A stretch of DNA of 61,055 nucleotides, taken from Promethearchaeota archaeon (GTDB lineage: Archaea; Asgardarchaeota; Lokiarchaeia; Sigyniarchaeales; SOKP01). Position numbers and translations under genes: made by a program. Shown piece by piece: positions 29,976 to 38,983 of this stretch. The stretch lies in the NCBI GenBank assembly GCA_013375475.1, contig JABXKD010000011.1:1-61055 (forward strand), given 5' to 3'. The notes below the pieces were generated by a model that did not search any database, was not told the origin of the DNA, and worked only from the letters and a program-made list of their open reading frames with translations. Positions within the stretch are counted from its first letter, which is position 1. Each line of letters opens with the position of its first letter.

Positions 29976-31016
29976 GTGAAATATATGATAGAAACAAATG
30001 TAACAAAGATGTTTGGATTAAAATATCCAATTTTCAGCGCCCCTATGGGTCCCTTCTTCACGCGTGAGCTAGCTTTAGCAGTGAGCGAAGCGGGGGGATT
30101 AGGTGTATTATCGAATGTTAACATAGTGGGTACTGACCCTGTCGAAGAACATAAAAAAAGCATTGAATACATGATTGAACACACTGATAAACCCTTTGGA
30201 CTTAACATTCTCACATCGCGCAACAACCGTGGAGTGAAAGAAATGATCACTGATATACCCAAGATCATTATGGACAATCCTAAAATGAGAGAACAATGCG
30301 TTTACTTCTTAACTTCTGCGGGTTCTTCAAAACTCCTTCCTTCTTCTAAATCTTTTCAAGAACTTAGAGAAAAATCGGAAGTTAAACATTTTCACGTGGC
30401 ACCAGCGCACTGGTTAGCCCAAAAATGTGTAGATGCAGGAGTAGACGGAATTGTCTGTACTGGCACTGAAGGAGGCGGCCACCAATCCTATGAAAAAGTT
30501 ACGACACTTGTATTACTTCAGCAACTCAATGAAGCTTTTCCAGACTTGCCAAAAATTGCTTGTGGTGGATTTGCCACCGGAGAGGCCTTAGCTGCTGCTT
30601 TATCTTTGGGCGCAGGAGCAATCGCAATGGGTTCTAGATTCATTGCCTCCAAAGAGAGCGAATTTCACGAGAAATACAAGGCTTTAGTTCCCCCTGGAAC
30701 TCCACAAGATACTAGTCTTTATACTGGATCATTTGGCCCAATTCGATTATATAAAAACGAGTATGCTTTAGCACACCCTGCCCCTTCTACAAAAGAGGAA
30801 ATGATAGCCTATGAGAAATCTATAACTCCTGAAATGGCGGAAAGAGATGCTGGTGCCTACGATAGAGTATACAACGGTGACATTACCACCGGAGCGGTTT
30901 TACTAGGGCAATCAATCGGTATTATTAATAGTATCGACAGTGTTAATGATATAATCGAAAGAATAATAAAGGGAGCAGAAGTAGCAATAAAAAAGAATTA
31001 TTCTTCTCTAAAATAA
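29976..31016 (+). CDS. Nitronate monooxygenase/FabK-like FMN enzyme (possible enoyl-thioester reductase)
   Basis: YPIFSAPM, AVSEAGGLG, EGGGH, CGGF, MGSRF, GQSIG. Confidence 0.9.
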   Translation: MKYMIETNVTKMFGLKYPIFSAPMGPFFTRELALAVSEAGGLGVLSNVNIVGTDPVEEHKKSIEYMIEHTDKPFGLNILTSRNNRGVKEMITDIPKIIMDNPKMREQCVYFLTSAGSSKLLPSSKSFQELREKSEVKHFHVAPAHWLAQKCVDAGVDGIVCTGTEGGGHQSYEKVTTLVLLQQLNEAFPDLPKIACGGFATGEALAAALSLGAGAIAMGSRFIASKESEFHEKYKALVPPGTPQDTSLYTGSFGPIRLYKNEYALAHPAPSTKEEMIAYEKSITPEMAERDAGAYDRVYNGDITTGAVLLGQSIGIINSIDSVNDIIERIIKGAEVAIKKNYSSLK

Positions 31017-31139
31017 GGAATCGAATAATTTCAACTAATTTTTCTTTTTCTTTTTCATTTTAAATAAACCTTTTAGAATAGGTATATAATTTTTTTAAAA
31101 CATTCATTAAGCTATTAATTCGAAAACTACAAAATATTA

Positions 31140-31156
31140 AATATACAGTATATATT
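31140..31156. promoter_or_regulatory. Candidate autoregulatory TetR operator (AATATAC-agt-ATATATT)
   Basis: Palindromic AATATA-N5-TATATT about 60 nt upstream of the tetR start. Confidence 0.5.
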
Positions 31157-31218
31157 AATAAGGAATAACGATATTATTTTTTTTAGTTACTATAATATCT
31201 CCTTAAGAGTGTGATTTT

Positions 31219-31947
31219 ATGAGTCCAGAGCGAAATAAAGTAAAAACCCGAAGCCGTTCTCCGCAAAAAAAAGCTGAACAGTTTGAACGCATTTTAGATG
31301 CTGGAAAGCAATTGTTTATAGAAAAAGGTATAGAAGGATTTAGTTTACGGGGTTTGGCTAAGAATCTTGAGATGAACCAAAATAATCTGTATAATTATAT
31401 CGATAGCAAGCGAGAACTTTGGATAGCTATTCGGAATAAATTCTATAAGCAATTTAAAGGTGAGAATCTAAAGATAATAGAATCTCATAAAGGATCTAAT
31501 GTGGATCTATTAATGAAAATCTTTAATCATTTTCTCGAGTTTGCTGAAAATGACCCCGCAGCATCAAGTATGATGCATATTATTCCTTCACCACCGTCTG
31601 ACAAGGTAGGTAAATTTGAAAAAGAATATAAGGCTTTTAATTTTTTAGACGGGACAACTCGAAAAATACAGGAAGCTATAAATAGTGGAGAAATTAAAGA
31701 AAAAAACAGCGCAATTCTTTCCTTCTTTATATACAGTTTAATTTTAGGGGCTTCAATTGTAGAATATAATATGAGAGTTCTTGAAGACAATAATAATGTG
31801 AAAAAGGAAACAATTGCGGACGAAACCATTCAATTTAAAACTCAACCTTTTACAAGCCAAGAATTTAGAAAGTACGTGTTAAAAAAGTTAGAATTGGGTT
31901 TAACAGATCCAAATTTAATTGTAAAAGAATCAGATTATAAAGACTAG
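31219..31947 (+). CDS. TetR/AcrR family transcriptional regulator
   Basis: ILDAGKQLFIEKGIEGFSLRGLAKNLEMNQNNLYNYIDSKREL HTH. Confidence 0.92.
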   Translation: MSPERNKVKTRSRSPQKKAEQFERILDAGKQLFIEKGIEGFSLRGLAKNLEMNQNNLYNYIDSKRELWIAIRNKFYKQFKGENLKIIESHKGSNVDLLMKIFNHFLEFAENDPAASSMMHIIPSPPSDKVGKFEKEYKAFNFLDGTTRKIQEAINSGEIKEKNSAILSFFIYSLILGASIVEYNMRVLEDNNNVKKETIADETIQFKTQPFTSQEFRKYVLKKLELGLTDPNLIVKESDYKD

Positions 31948-32032
31948 AACATTTTTTTTCCTCTCAAAATTATCCTAATTTAGATTAAAGTGATATAAAA
32001 TCTATCCAGTGGAGTCTAAAAAAAACATTATA

Positions 32033-32049
32033 AATATACATTGATCATT
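32033..32049. promoter_or_regulatory. Candidate TetR-type operator (AATATAC-att-GATCATT) overlapping a TTATAAAT box
   Basis: Same motif family, 43 nt upstream of the SDR start. Confidence 0.45.
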
Positions 32050-32092
32050 AAGAACTATATATCAATCATAAGAAATTTAAAGTGAAAAACAA

Positions 32093-33004
32093 ATGGGAAT
32101 GTTAGATGGAAAGGTTGCCATTGTAACTGGCGCTGGACGAGGTTTAGGAAGAGAGGAAGCGTTATTAATGGCAAAAGAAGGATGTAATTTGGTTGTCAAT
32201 GATATTAGTGGCGCAGAAGAAGTAGCTAAGGAGTGTGAAAAGCTTGGAGTTAAAGTTGTTTCTAATAATGACTCTGTAACTGATTTTAAAAAAGCAGCTG
32301 AAATGATCGATCAAGCGATTTCGGAATTTGGTAAATTAGATATTGTTGTGAATAATGCTGGGATTATTAGGGATAGAATGATCTTTAATATGTCAGAGCA
32401 AGATTTTGACGATGTTGTTGCCGTTTCCTTGAAAGGAACATTTAATTTAACTCGCCACGCGGCTGTATATTTTCGAAAGATGGGTAAAGAAGATCCAGAA
32501 GTAAAAAATTTTGGACGAATTATCAATACGGCTTCTGACTCGGGATTATATGGTAATGTTGGTCAGTCTAATTATGGTGCGGCGAAATCAGGTATTGCAA
32601 CTTTCACCGCAATAGTATCTCGAGAAATAGCTAAGTACGCAACAGTTAATTGCGTTGTACCAAGTGCAAGAACGCCAATGACTACCGATGAGACTCCAAA
32701 AATGGTTGAATGGATGAATACTAAAACGAAAGATGGATTCGACATTTTTCATCCAGCCCATTTTGCCCCTCTCGTGGTATTTTTAGCTTCAGATAAAGCT
32801 AAAAAAATTAACGGGGAGGTTTTTAGAGGAATCGGCGATAAAGTCTGGGTGTATCGAGGATGGCGAGCTGTGAAAATGATCGAAAACGATGGAAAACCGT
32901 TTACTGCTGAAGGTTTAGCTGAACGCGTTAAAAATGAGTTAATGAAGGATTTACCATCTAAGTTTGAAGGTGCTGCTTCACAGGATGTATTGTTTGGCAA
33001 ATGA
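32093..33004 (+). CDS. SDR, MFE-2/HSD17B4-like (3R)-hydroxyacyl-CoA dehydrogenase type
   Basis: TGAGRGLG, VVND, NNAGIIRD, GLYGNVGQSNYGAAK, P.ARTPMT. Confidence 0.9.
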   Translation: MGMLDGKVAIVTGAGRGLGREEALLMAKEGCNLVVNDISGAEEVAKECEKLGVKVVSNNDSVTDFKKAAEMIDQAISEFGKLDIVVNNAGIIRDRMIFNMSEQDFDDVVAVSLKGTFNLTRHAAVYFRKMGKEDPEVKNFGRIINTASDSGLYGNVGQSNYGAAKSGIATFTAIVSREIAKYATVNCVVPSARTPMTTDETPKMVEWMNTKTKDGFDIFHPAHFAPLVVFLASDKAKKINGEVFRGIGDKVWVYRGWRAVKMIENDGKPFTAEGLAERVKNELMKDLPSKFEGAASQDVLFGK

Positions 33005-33037
33005 TTTATTTTTATTACAAATATTGAGAAGATTATT

Positions 33038-34213
33038 ATGACAAAAGTAAAAAATGTTGTTATGTTAGGATTTGGAGACATGGGAAAAGGAATTGCCCAA
33101 GTGTGCTTAATGGCGGGCTATAATGTTATTGCGGTTGATGTTAGTGATGAAATCATTGAAAAAGGTTTAGAATATAATAAAAACGGATTCGAAAAACTCG
33201 AAGCTAAAGGGAAATTACCCGAGGGGATATCCGCAGGCGACATAATGGCAAATTTAAGCGTAAATAAAGCTCTAGCTGAAGCAGTTAAAAATGCAGATTT
33301 AGTTATTGAGGCCGTCGTCGAAAAACTAGATGTAAAACAAAAACTCTGTAACACAGTTATTGAGAATTCTCCTGATCATTGCATTTTTGCGTCGAACACA
33401 TCATCAATAAGCATAACTGAAATTGCTCAAGGCTGTAATAAACCGCAAAATGTTATTGGAATGCATTTTTTTAACCCTGCTCCTTTGATGCGACTAATAG
33501 AAGTGATAAAAGGTGATAAAAGTTCTGATGAGGCAATGGATATTGGAGTCGAATTTTCAGAATCCTTACCTTGTTTAAGAGGAAAGCGATTTGTCGCTCG
33601 CGTTCTTAAAGATCGTCCTGGATTCATCGTTAACCGTGTTTTATCACCAAGTAGTATGTATTCAAACTATATAGTGGATCTGGCGTATGAGAAAGGAATT
33701 CCATGGGAACAAGTAGACGCCGATTTATCCGGTCCTAATGCACCAATGACTTCGCTTACACTATCAGATTTTACTGGTAGGGACATTGCTTACCATGCTC
33801 AATTATATTACGCTGAGAAACTTTCTCCTGATTTTAAACCGGGCAATGTTTTAAAGATGCAAGTCAAAGAAGGGAAATTGGGAAAAAAAACAGGTCAAGG
33901 GTTCTATGATTGGTCTCAAGGACGACCACAACCAGATCTTTCTAAAAAAGCTGGCTTAGTGAACCGTTTAGTATTCGGAGCTATCAGTGCTAACGAGGGA
34001 TGTAGAATATTAGAAGAAGGTGTCGTTTCTAGTTGGAGCGTTATAGATGAGGCGATATTAGCAGGTATGAACTTTCCAGGGCCAATGAAATTCGCAACTG
34101 AACACTACGAAGAAATGGCTAAACTTTTAGAGGAATATTCTGAGAAGTTGCAAAAACCATATTTGAAACCATGCGAATTATTAAAAACTGGAAAATTTGT
34201 TGATATGGTTTAA
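33038..34213 (+). CDS. 3-hydroxyacyl-CoA dehydrogenase (NAD-binding domain + duplicated C-terminal domain)
   Basis: GFGDMG, EAVVE, ASNTSS, GMHFFNP, PGFIVNR, GKKTGQGFY. Confidence 0.93.
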   Translation: MTKVKNVVMLGFGDMGKGIAQVCLMAGYNVIAVDVSDEIIEKGLEYNKNGFEKLEAKGKLPEGISAGDIMANLSVNKALAEAVKNADLVIEAVVEKLDVKQKLCNTVIENSPDHCIFASNTSSISITEIAQGCNKPQNVIGMHFFNPAPLMRLIEVIKGDKSSDEAMDIGVEFSESLPCLRGKRFVARVLKDRPGFIVNRVLSPSSMYSNYIVDLAYEKGIPWEQVDADLSGPNAPMTSLTLSDFTGRDIAYHAQLYYAEKLSPDFKPGNVLKMQVKEGKLGKKTGQGFYDWSQGRPQPDLSKKAGLVNRLVFGAISANEGCRILEEGVVSSWSVIDEAILAGMNFPGPMKFATEHYEEMAKLLEEYSEKLQKPYLKPCELLKTGKFVDMV

Positions 34214-34254
34214 AATAAAGAAAAAAGACAAAAAATTTTATTTTATTTTTTTAA

Positions 34255-35091
34255 TTATTTACCTGTAAATTTAGGTTTTCTCTTTTCTAAAAATGCTGTC
34301 ACACCTTCGGTAACATCTTCGGATTGCGAATTAACGGCATAACCCAAATGTTCAAATTGAAGCCCAACATTTAGTGGTACTTGAGTTCCATAATCAATCG
34401 CTTTTTTTATAACAAAAAGGCTTTTTGTGGCTGCGTTTCCTAACCAAGTTGCTTTTTCATGCACTAAATCTTCGAAATCATCATTATCGACCAAGTATGA
34501 TACTAATCCCCAATCATACAATACTTCAGCTGAATAATGCTCACCGAAATAAATCATGGTTTTAGTTCTTATTTTACCTAAAGTTCTGATTAGTCTCTGT
34601 GTTCCTCCATTGAAGGGAGCGATTCCCCGTTTAATTTCTGGAAAACCAAATGTAGAGCGCTTTGATGCTATAACAATATCGCATACAAGTACTAGTTCAA
34701 ATCCACCACCTAAAGCATAACCATCTACAGCAGCTATGATGGGTTTGGGAAATTTCTCTATTGAATCATAGTACTTATGTCTTAAATGCATTGCATGACT
34801 CATATCCATTAAATTACTTGGATCAACATCAGGATGCCTACGAGCTGATAAATCAGCGCCGGCAGAAAAGGCTGGTTTTTTAACGAAATCTTTACTACCT
34901 CTCAAAACCACGCATCTAACCGATTTATCTAATTCCATCGATTCAAAAGCATCAGCAATCTCTTTTAAGGTTTTATTTTGCAACGCATTTAATCTCTCTG
35001 GACGATTAATTGATATTACTGCGTAATTTCCCTCATCCACTTTATCTATTATAATATGTTCAAATTTTAATTCTGACACTTCAAATTTCAC
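34255..35091 (-). CDS. Enoyl-CoA hydratase/isomerase (crotonase)
   Basis: INRPERLNAL, FSAGADL, GGGFEL, FPEIKRG, AFLEKRKPKF. Confidence 0.92.
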   Translation of the reverse strand: MKFEVSELKFEHIIIDKVDEGNYAVISINRPERLNALQNKTLKEIADAFESMELDKSVRCVVLRGSKDFVKKPAFSAGADLSARRHPDVDPSNLMDMSHAMHLRHKYYDSIEKFPKPIIAAVDGYALGGGFELVLVCDIVIASKRSTFGFPEIKRGIAPFNGGTQRLIRTLGKIRTKTMIYFGEHYSAEVLYDWGLVSYLVDNDDFEDLVHEKATWLGNAATKSLFVIKKAIDYGTQVPLNVGLQFEHLGYAVNSQSEDVTEGVTAFLEKRKPKFTGK

Positions 35092-35142
35092 CTATATTAT
35101 TTTTTTTAAATAAAAATAAGGATAGTTATAAAAAAAATCTAA

Positions 35143-35580
35143 TTAATAACGAGAAGATATTCTCTTATTGCCTTCTTTGCCTTCTTTGCTTCTAAAATAG
35201 TACCCAAATAGATAACCTAGTATTATTCCAACAAATATATACATTATCCCAAAATTTACGAATAAGGCTAATAAAAAGTAGAGAAAAAAACCAATCCCAT
35301 ATACTAACGAAAGTAAAATAACTACCAATAGTAGTGATAAAACTGAACCAGTTAATCCTACGATTACACCCGTTTTCATGGGTGATTGAGAATCCTGTTT
35401 ATTTTTAAACGTAAAGTAGAGACCAAGACAACATCCTGCAACTAAAAATATATCTCCTCCAAAGAAAAACCATAAACCAGGAAAAAAGAAGAACAAAATA
35501 CTTGTAAATAAGGAACATATAAGAATTCCAATCACCATATTATATCTTTGGATAAATCCAGATTCAGACTTGATATCCAT
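35143..35580 (-). CDS. Hypothetical membrane protein (about 4 TM)
   Basis: 145-aa hydrophobic ORF with ATG start and AT-rich upstream region. Confidence 0.7.
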   Translation of the reverse strand: MDIKSESGFIQRYNMVIGILICSLFTSILFFFFPGLWFFFGGDIFLVAGCCLGLYFTFKNKQDSQSPMKTGVIVGLTGSVLSLLLVVILLSLVYGIGFFLYFLLALFVNFGIMYIFVGIILGYLFGYYFRSKEGKEGNKRISSRY

Positions 35581-35722
35581 TTATTTTTTCACATCTTTTT
35601 CTAAAACTAGGATAAATAATTGTCTATTAAATAAAGAATTTTTCAAATATAATTAAAAAAGTTGGTTAGTATGAAAAAAAAGATAAGTTCATTTTACCCC
35701 TCTCTGCGAGACTCCACTCAAT

Positions 35723-36435
35723 CTATAGCGAAATATTTTTTAAGTCTAACTTTTTTGTCTCTGGGATAAAACGAATTAAAAGAGGGATTATTGGGAACAT
35801 AAAAAGGCAAGAAACTATGGCAACGAATTGAATTCCTACTACTGGAAATAGAGGTGCTACTATTAAAATTCTAAACGTTCCAAAAGCAAACATAACGAAT
35901 GTTTGGAGCCCATTTCCTAATCCTCTTACTTCTGTCGGAACTAATTCAAATGAAATTAACGTAGCAAGAGTCCAAATACCCCCCCTTGAGGCCATTGATA
36001 TGGATTTAACAATTATAACGATTATAAATCTTTCTGCAAAGTTAGGGACATGAAATGCCCATGTGTACTGTAAAATCACAGAAACGGGATATAAGATGGT
36101 ATAAATTAAAAAAACTGGCTTCCTTCCAAAGCGATCTGCGATTCTACCTGTAATTAGATAAAGAATAAATGCACTTATGATTAAACAAACTATCACAATT
36201 ATGCTATATTCTTCTGAGCCAATAGCAGAATATACCATGAAATATGCGCAATTATTCCTATATAAGACAAATAGCTTAATCCTAAATCAAATTCAACATC
36301 AGGGAAGAAGTACCATATTAAAGCTGTGGTCCTAGCTCCATCGATTGTATATGAACGGTAAATTTGAAAAAGAGATAATATTGCCACTAGAAAATAAAAG
36401 TACGATTTTGTGCTAGCGCTTTTTTATTGCGTCAT
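35723..36435 (-). pseudogene. Degraded MFS transporter
   Basis: ATG ACG CAA TAA at 36435-36424 (stop at codon 4); the N-terminal fragment and the C-terminal half (GRIADRFGRKP, ELVPTEVRG, IPETK) lie in different frames; total length is far below a 12-TM MFS. Confidence 0.75.
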
Positions 36436-36502
36436 TTTAACTCCCGTAAATTCAAGCTGATGTCAATTATAAAATATAAATAGGAGATAAGAATTATGTA
36501 TA

Positions 36503-36519
36503 AATATACAATTTACATT
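36503..36519. promoter_or_regulatory. Candidate TetR-type operator (AATATAC-aat-TTACATT) between the MFS remnant and the dmsA-like gene
   Basis: Same 17-bp motif overlapping a TATAAAT box. Confidence 0.4.
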
Positions 36520-36665
36520 TAAAAACAATATAATTCTTATAAAATTTCTTAAACAGAATATTAAGCTTAAGCTTGTATTCTAAATCAATCCGAAATTTAA
36601 AATAAGAAAACTTAAGTATACAAACTCATAAAAAAAATTAATAATATAGACATGGAGATGTTATA

Positions 36666-38981
36666 ATGGAAAATCAAGAAGAAATGCAAGAAGAAGATGA
36701 TGTAAAAATTATTAGAACTACTTCTGCTTTTGATTGTGGAGGTCGCTGTCCCTTAAGGTTCCATGTTAAAGATGGAAAAATTATAAGAGTAGAAGGTGAC
36801 GATTCTGCAGATTCTGACAAGCAGCTAAGGACATGTATAAGGTGCAGGGCAATCAGACAGTACATTTACCATCCAGAAAGATTGAGATATCCGCTGAAAA
36901 GAGCTGGTCCTAAGGGTTCAGGAAAATTTGAAAGGATTTCATGGGATGAAGCTTACGACACTATCACAAAGAAATTAAAGGAAACAATAGAGAAGTATGG
37001 AAACCAAGCTATCTTCAATATAGCTAACGGCGGTTATTTTGGAGCATTACATGGCGCTGCTGTAGCTTATGCAAGGTTATTTGCTTCAATTGGTGGATTT
37101 ACAACAACATATGGTAATATATCTTCCCAAGGAGCGATTTTTGGAACCCAAGCTTCTTATGGTTTTGGTCAGATATTCGTAGGGAATAGCCGAGAAGATT
37201 GGCTGAACTCAAAATTAATTATATGCTGGGGTTGGGACCCTGCTCGCCAAATATCAGGGACAAATACGTTGTGGTGGTTAATAAAAGCTAAAGAAAATGG
37301 CACTAAAGTAATTGTTATCGATCCACGCTATTCAGACACTGCTTTAGTGGTAGCTGATCAATGGATTCCAATCATACCTGGAACTGATACAGCGATGATG
37401 GCAGCGGTAGCTCACGTAATACTTAAAGAAAATTTACAAGATCAAGAGTTTCTTGATAAATTTACTCATGGATTTGATAAATATAGAGAATATGTTATGG
37501 GCGAGGAAGATGGAATTCCAAAAACACCTGAATGGGCTGAGAAAATATGTGGTGTAAAAGCTTCTGTTATTGAAGATCTAGCTCGTGAATATGCTACCAC
37601 AAAACCGGCAGCATTAGAAGATTGCCAAGGTCCCGCTCGTTCAGCAATGGGAGGACAATACAATCGAGGCGCCATTACGCTTTCAGCAATGACGGGAAAT
37701 ATTGGAAAGCCAGGTGGAAGCGCTTGTGGTGGACTTCATGGGATTCCGATAGGCCATATGTTTAGAAGTGCTATGATTCCTCCGGGTGCTAATAAAGCTT
37801 ACCCAAAAGGTAAGTCTTTAAGAGGAAATATTAATCCAAGAGATCGTTTAGGTACAAAAGTCCATGTAAATAAAGTTTTTGACGCAATACTTAAAGGGAA
37901 ATCAGGAGGATATCCTGCTGACGTGAAATTTGTATGGTTTTCAGTTTGTGATTTTGTAAATCAACTTGGAAACACAAACAAGGCCGCAGAGGCTATGAGT
38001 CGGGAAGATTTATTTACAGTTGTTCCAGAACTATGGTTAACGCCTACTGCGCAATATGCTGATATCGTCCTACCAGTAACTGGATTTTCGTCGAGAACTG
38101 ATCTTACAAGACCTTGGCCTTCAGGTCCTTACTTTGGCCATATGAATAAGGCAATTGAACCCATCGGTGAATGTAAGGATGATCTTCTGATCGCAGAAGA
38201 ATTAGCTGAAAGACTAGGCATAAAAAACTTTAAAAGAGACGAACTTCTTGAACTCTTTTTACAAAATCCCCAACTTGCACCAGCAAAACCATTATTAGAA
38301 AAATACGAGGATGTAAATGACAAATGGCTTCGCTTACTTGCGGTTATGTCTGACGATGTTAGAAATAATGTAAAAGATTACGATAAATATAGGGAAAAAG
38401 GAGTTCAAAGAGTAAAATTGAAAGAACCCTATGTTGCATTCAAAAAGAACATAGACGATATCGAAAAAAATCCATTCGCAACACCATCAAAAAAGATTGA
38501 AATCTATTCTGATCAGATTGCAAGCTGGAATAATCCGTTATGTCCGCCGATTGCAAAATATATACCTACTTGGGAAAATCGTGAAGATCCACTTGTAGAG
38601 AAATATCCACTTCAGATGATCTCACCTCATCCACGACAACGGGTACATTCTGAATTATATAAAATAGAATGGCTCATGGAGGCAATACCTCATCGTATGT
38701 GGATAAATCCAGTTGATGCGGAATCTAGAGATATTAGAAACGGTGATATGTGTTTAGTCTTCAACGATAGAGGAACGGTAGCAATAGAAGCTTTTGTCAC
38801 AAAAAGAATTATTCCAGGAGTTGTTTGTATTTACGAAGGAGCGTGGTATAATCCAGATGAAAATGGAATCGACAGAGGTGCATGCGCAAATACGCTTACT
38901 AAGGATGCAATGAGTGAGGGAGGCGCAGCTGCGTTAAAAACATGTCTAGTTCAAGTGAAAATAGAAAAAGGAGGCGCCTGA
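36666..38981 (+). CDS. dmsA: DMSO-reductase-family Mo/W-bisPGD catalytic subunit (DmsA-like), no Tat leader
   Basis: SAFDCGGRC..C (FS0 variant), RLRYPLKR, FERISWDEA, YGNISS (Ser ligand region), PGTD, KTPEWA, RVHS, GAWY. Confidence 0.88.
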   Translation: MENQEEMQEEDDVKIIRTTSAFDCGGRCPLRFHVKDGKIIRVEGDDSADSDKQLRTCIRCRAIRQYIYHPERLRYPLKRAGPKGSGKFERISWDEAYDTITKKLKETIEKYGNQAIFNIANGGYFGALHGAAVAYARLFASIGGFTTTYGNISSQGAIFGTQASYGFGQIFVGNSREDWLNSKLIICWGWDPARQISGTNTLWWLIKAKENGTKVIVIDPRYSDTALVVADQWIPIIPGTDTAMMAAVAHVILKENLQDQEFLDKFTHGFDKYREYVMGEEDGIPKTPEWAEKICGVKASVIEDLAREYATTKPAALEDCQGPARSAMGGQYNRGAITLSAMTGNIGKPGGSACGGLHGIPIGHMFRSAMIPPGANKAYPKGKSLRGNINPRDRLGTKVHVNKVFDAILKGKSGGYPADVKFVWFSVCDFVNQLGNTNKAAEAMSREDLFTVVPELWLTPTAQYADIVLPVTGFSSRTDLTRPWPSGPYFGHMNKAIEPIGECKDDLLIAEELAERLGIKNFKRDELLELFLQNPQLAPAKPLLEKYEDVNDKWLRLLAVMSDDVRNNVKDYDKYREKGVQRVKLKEPYVAFKKNIDDIEKNPFATPSKKIEIYSDQIASWNNPLCPPIAKYIPTWENREDPLVEKYPLQMISPHPRQRVHSELYKIEWLMEAIPHRMWINPVDAESRDIRNGDMCLVFNDRGTVAIEAFVTKRIIPGVVCIYEGAWYNPDENGIDRGACANTLTKDAMSEGGAAALKTCLVQVKIEKGGA

Positions 38982-38983
38982 AA

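Noticed and set aside
38942-38983. Upstream start giving MSSSSENRKRRRLK, superficially like a twin-arginine leader
   Set aside because: Overlaps the dmsA coding region, has no hydrophobic core, and the paralog aligns from ATG 38984
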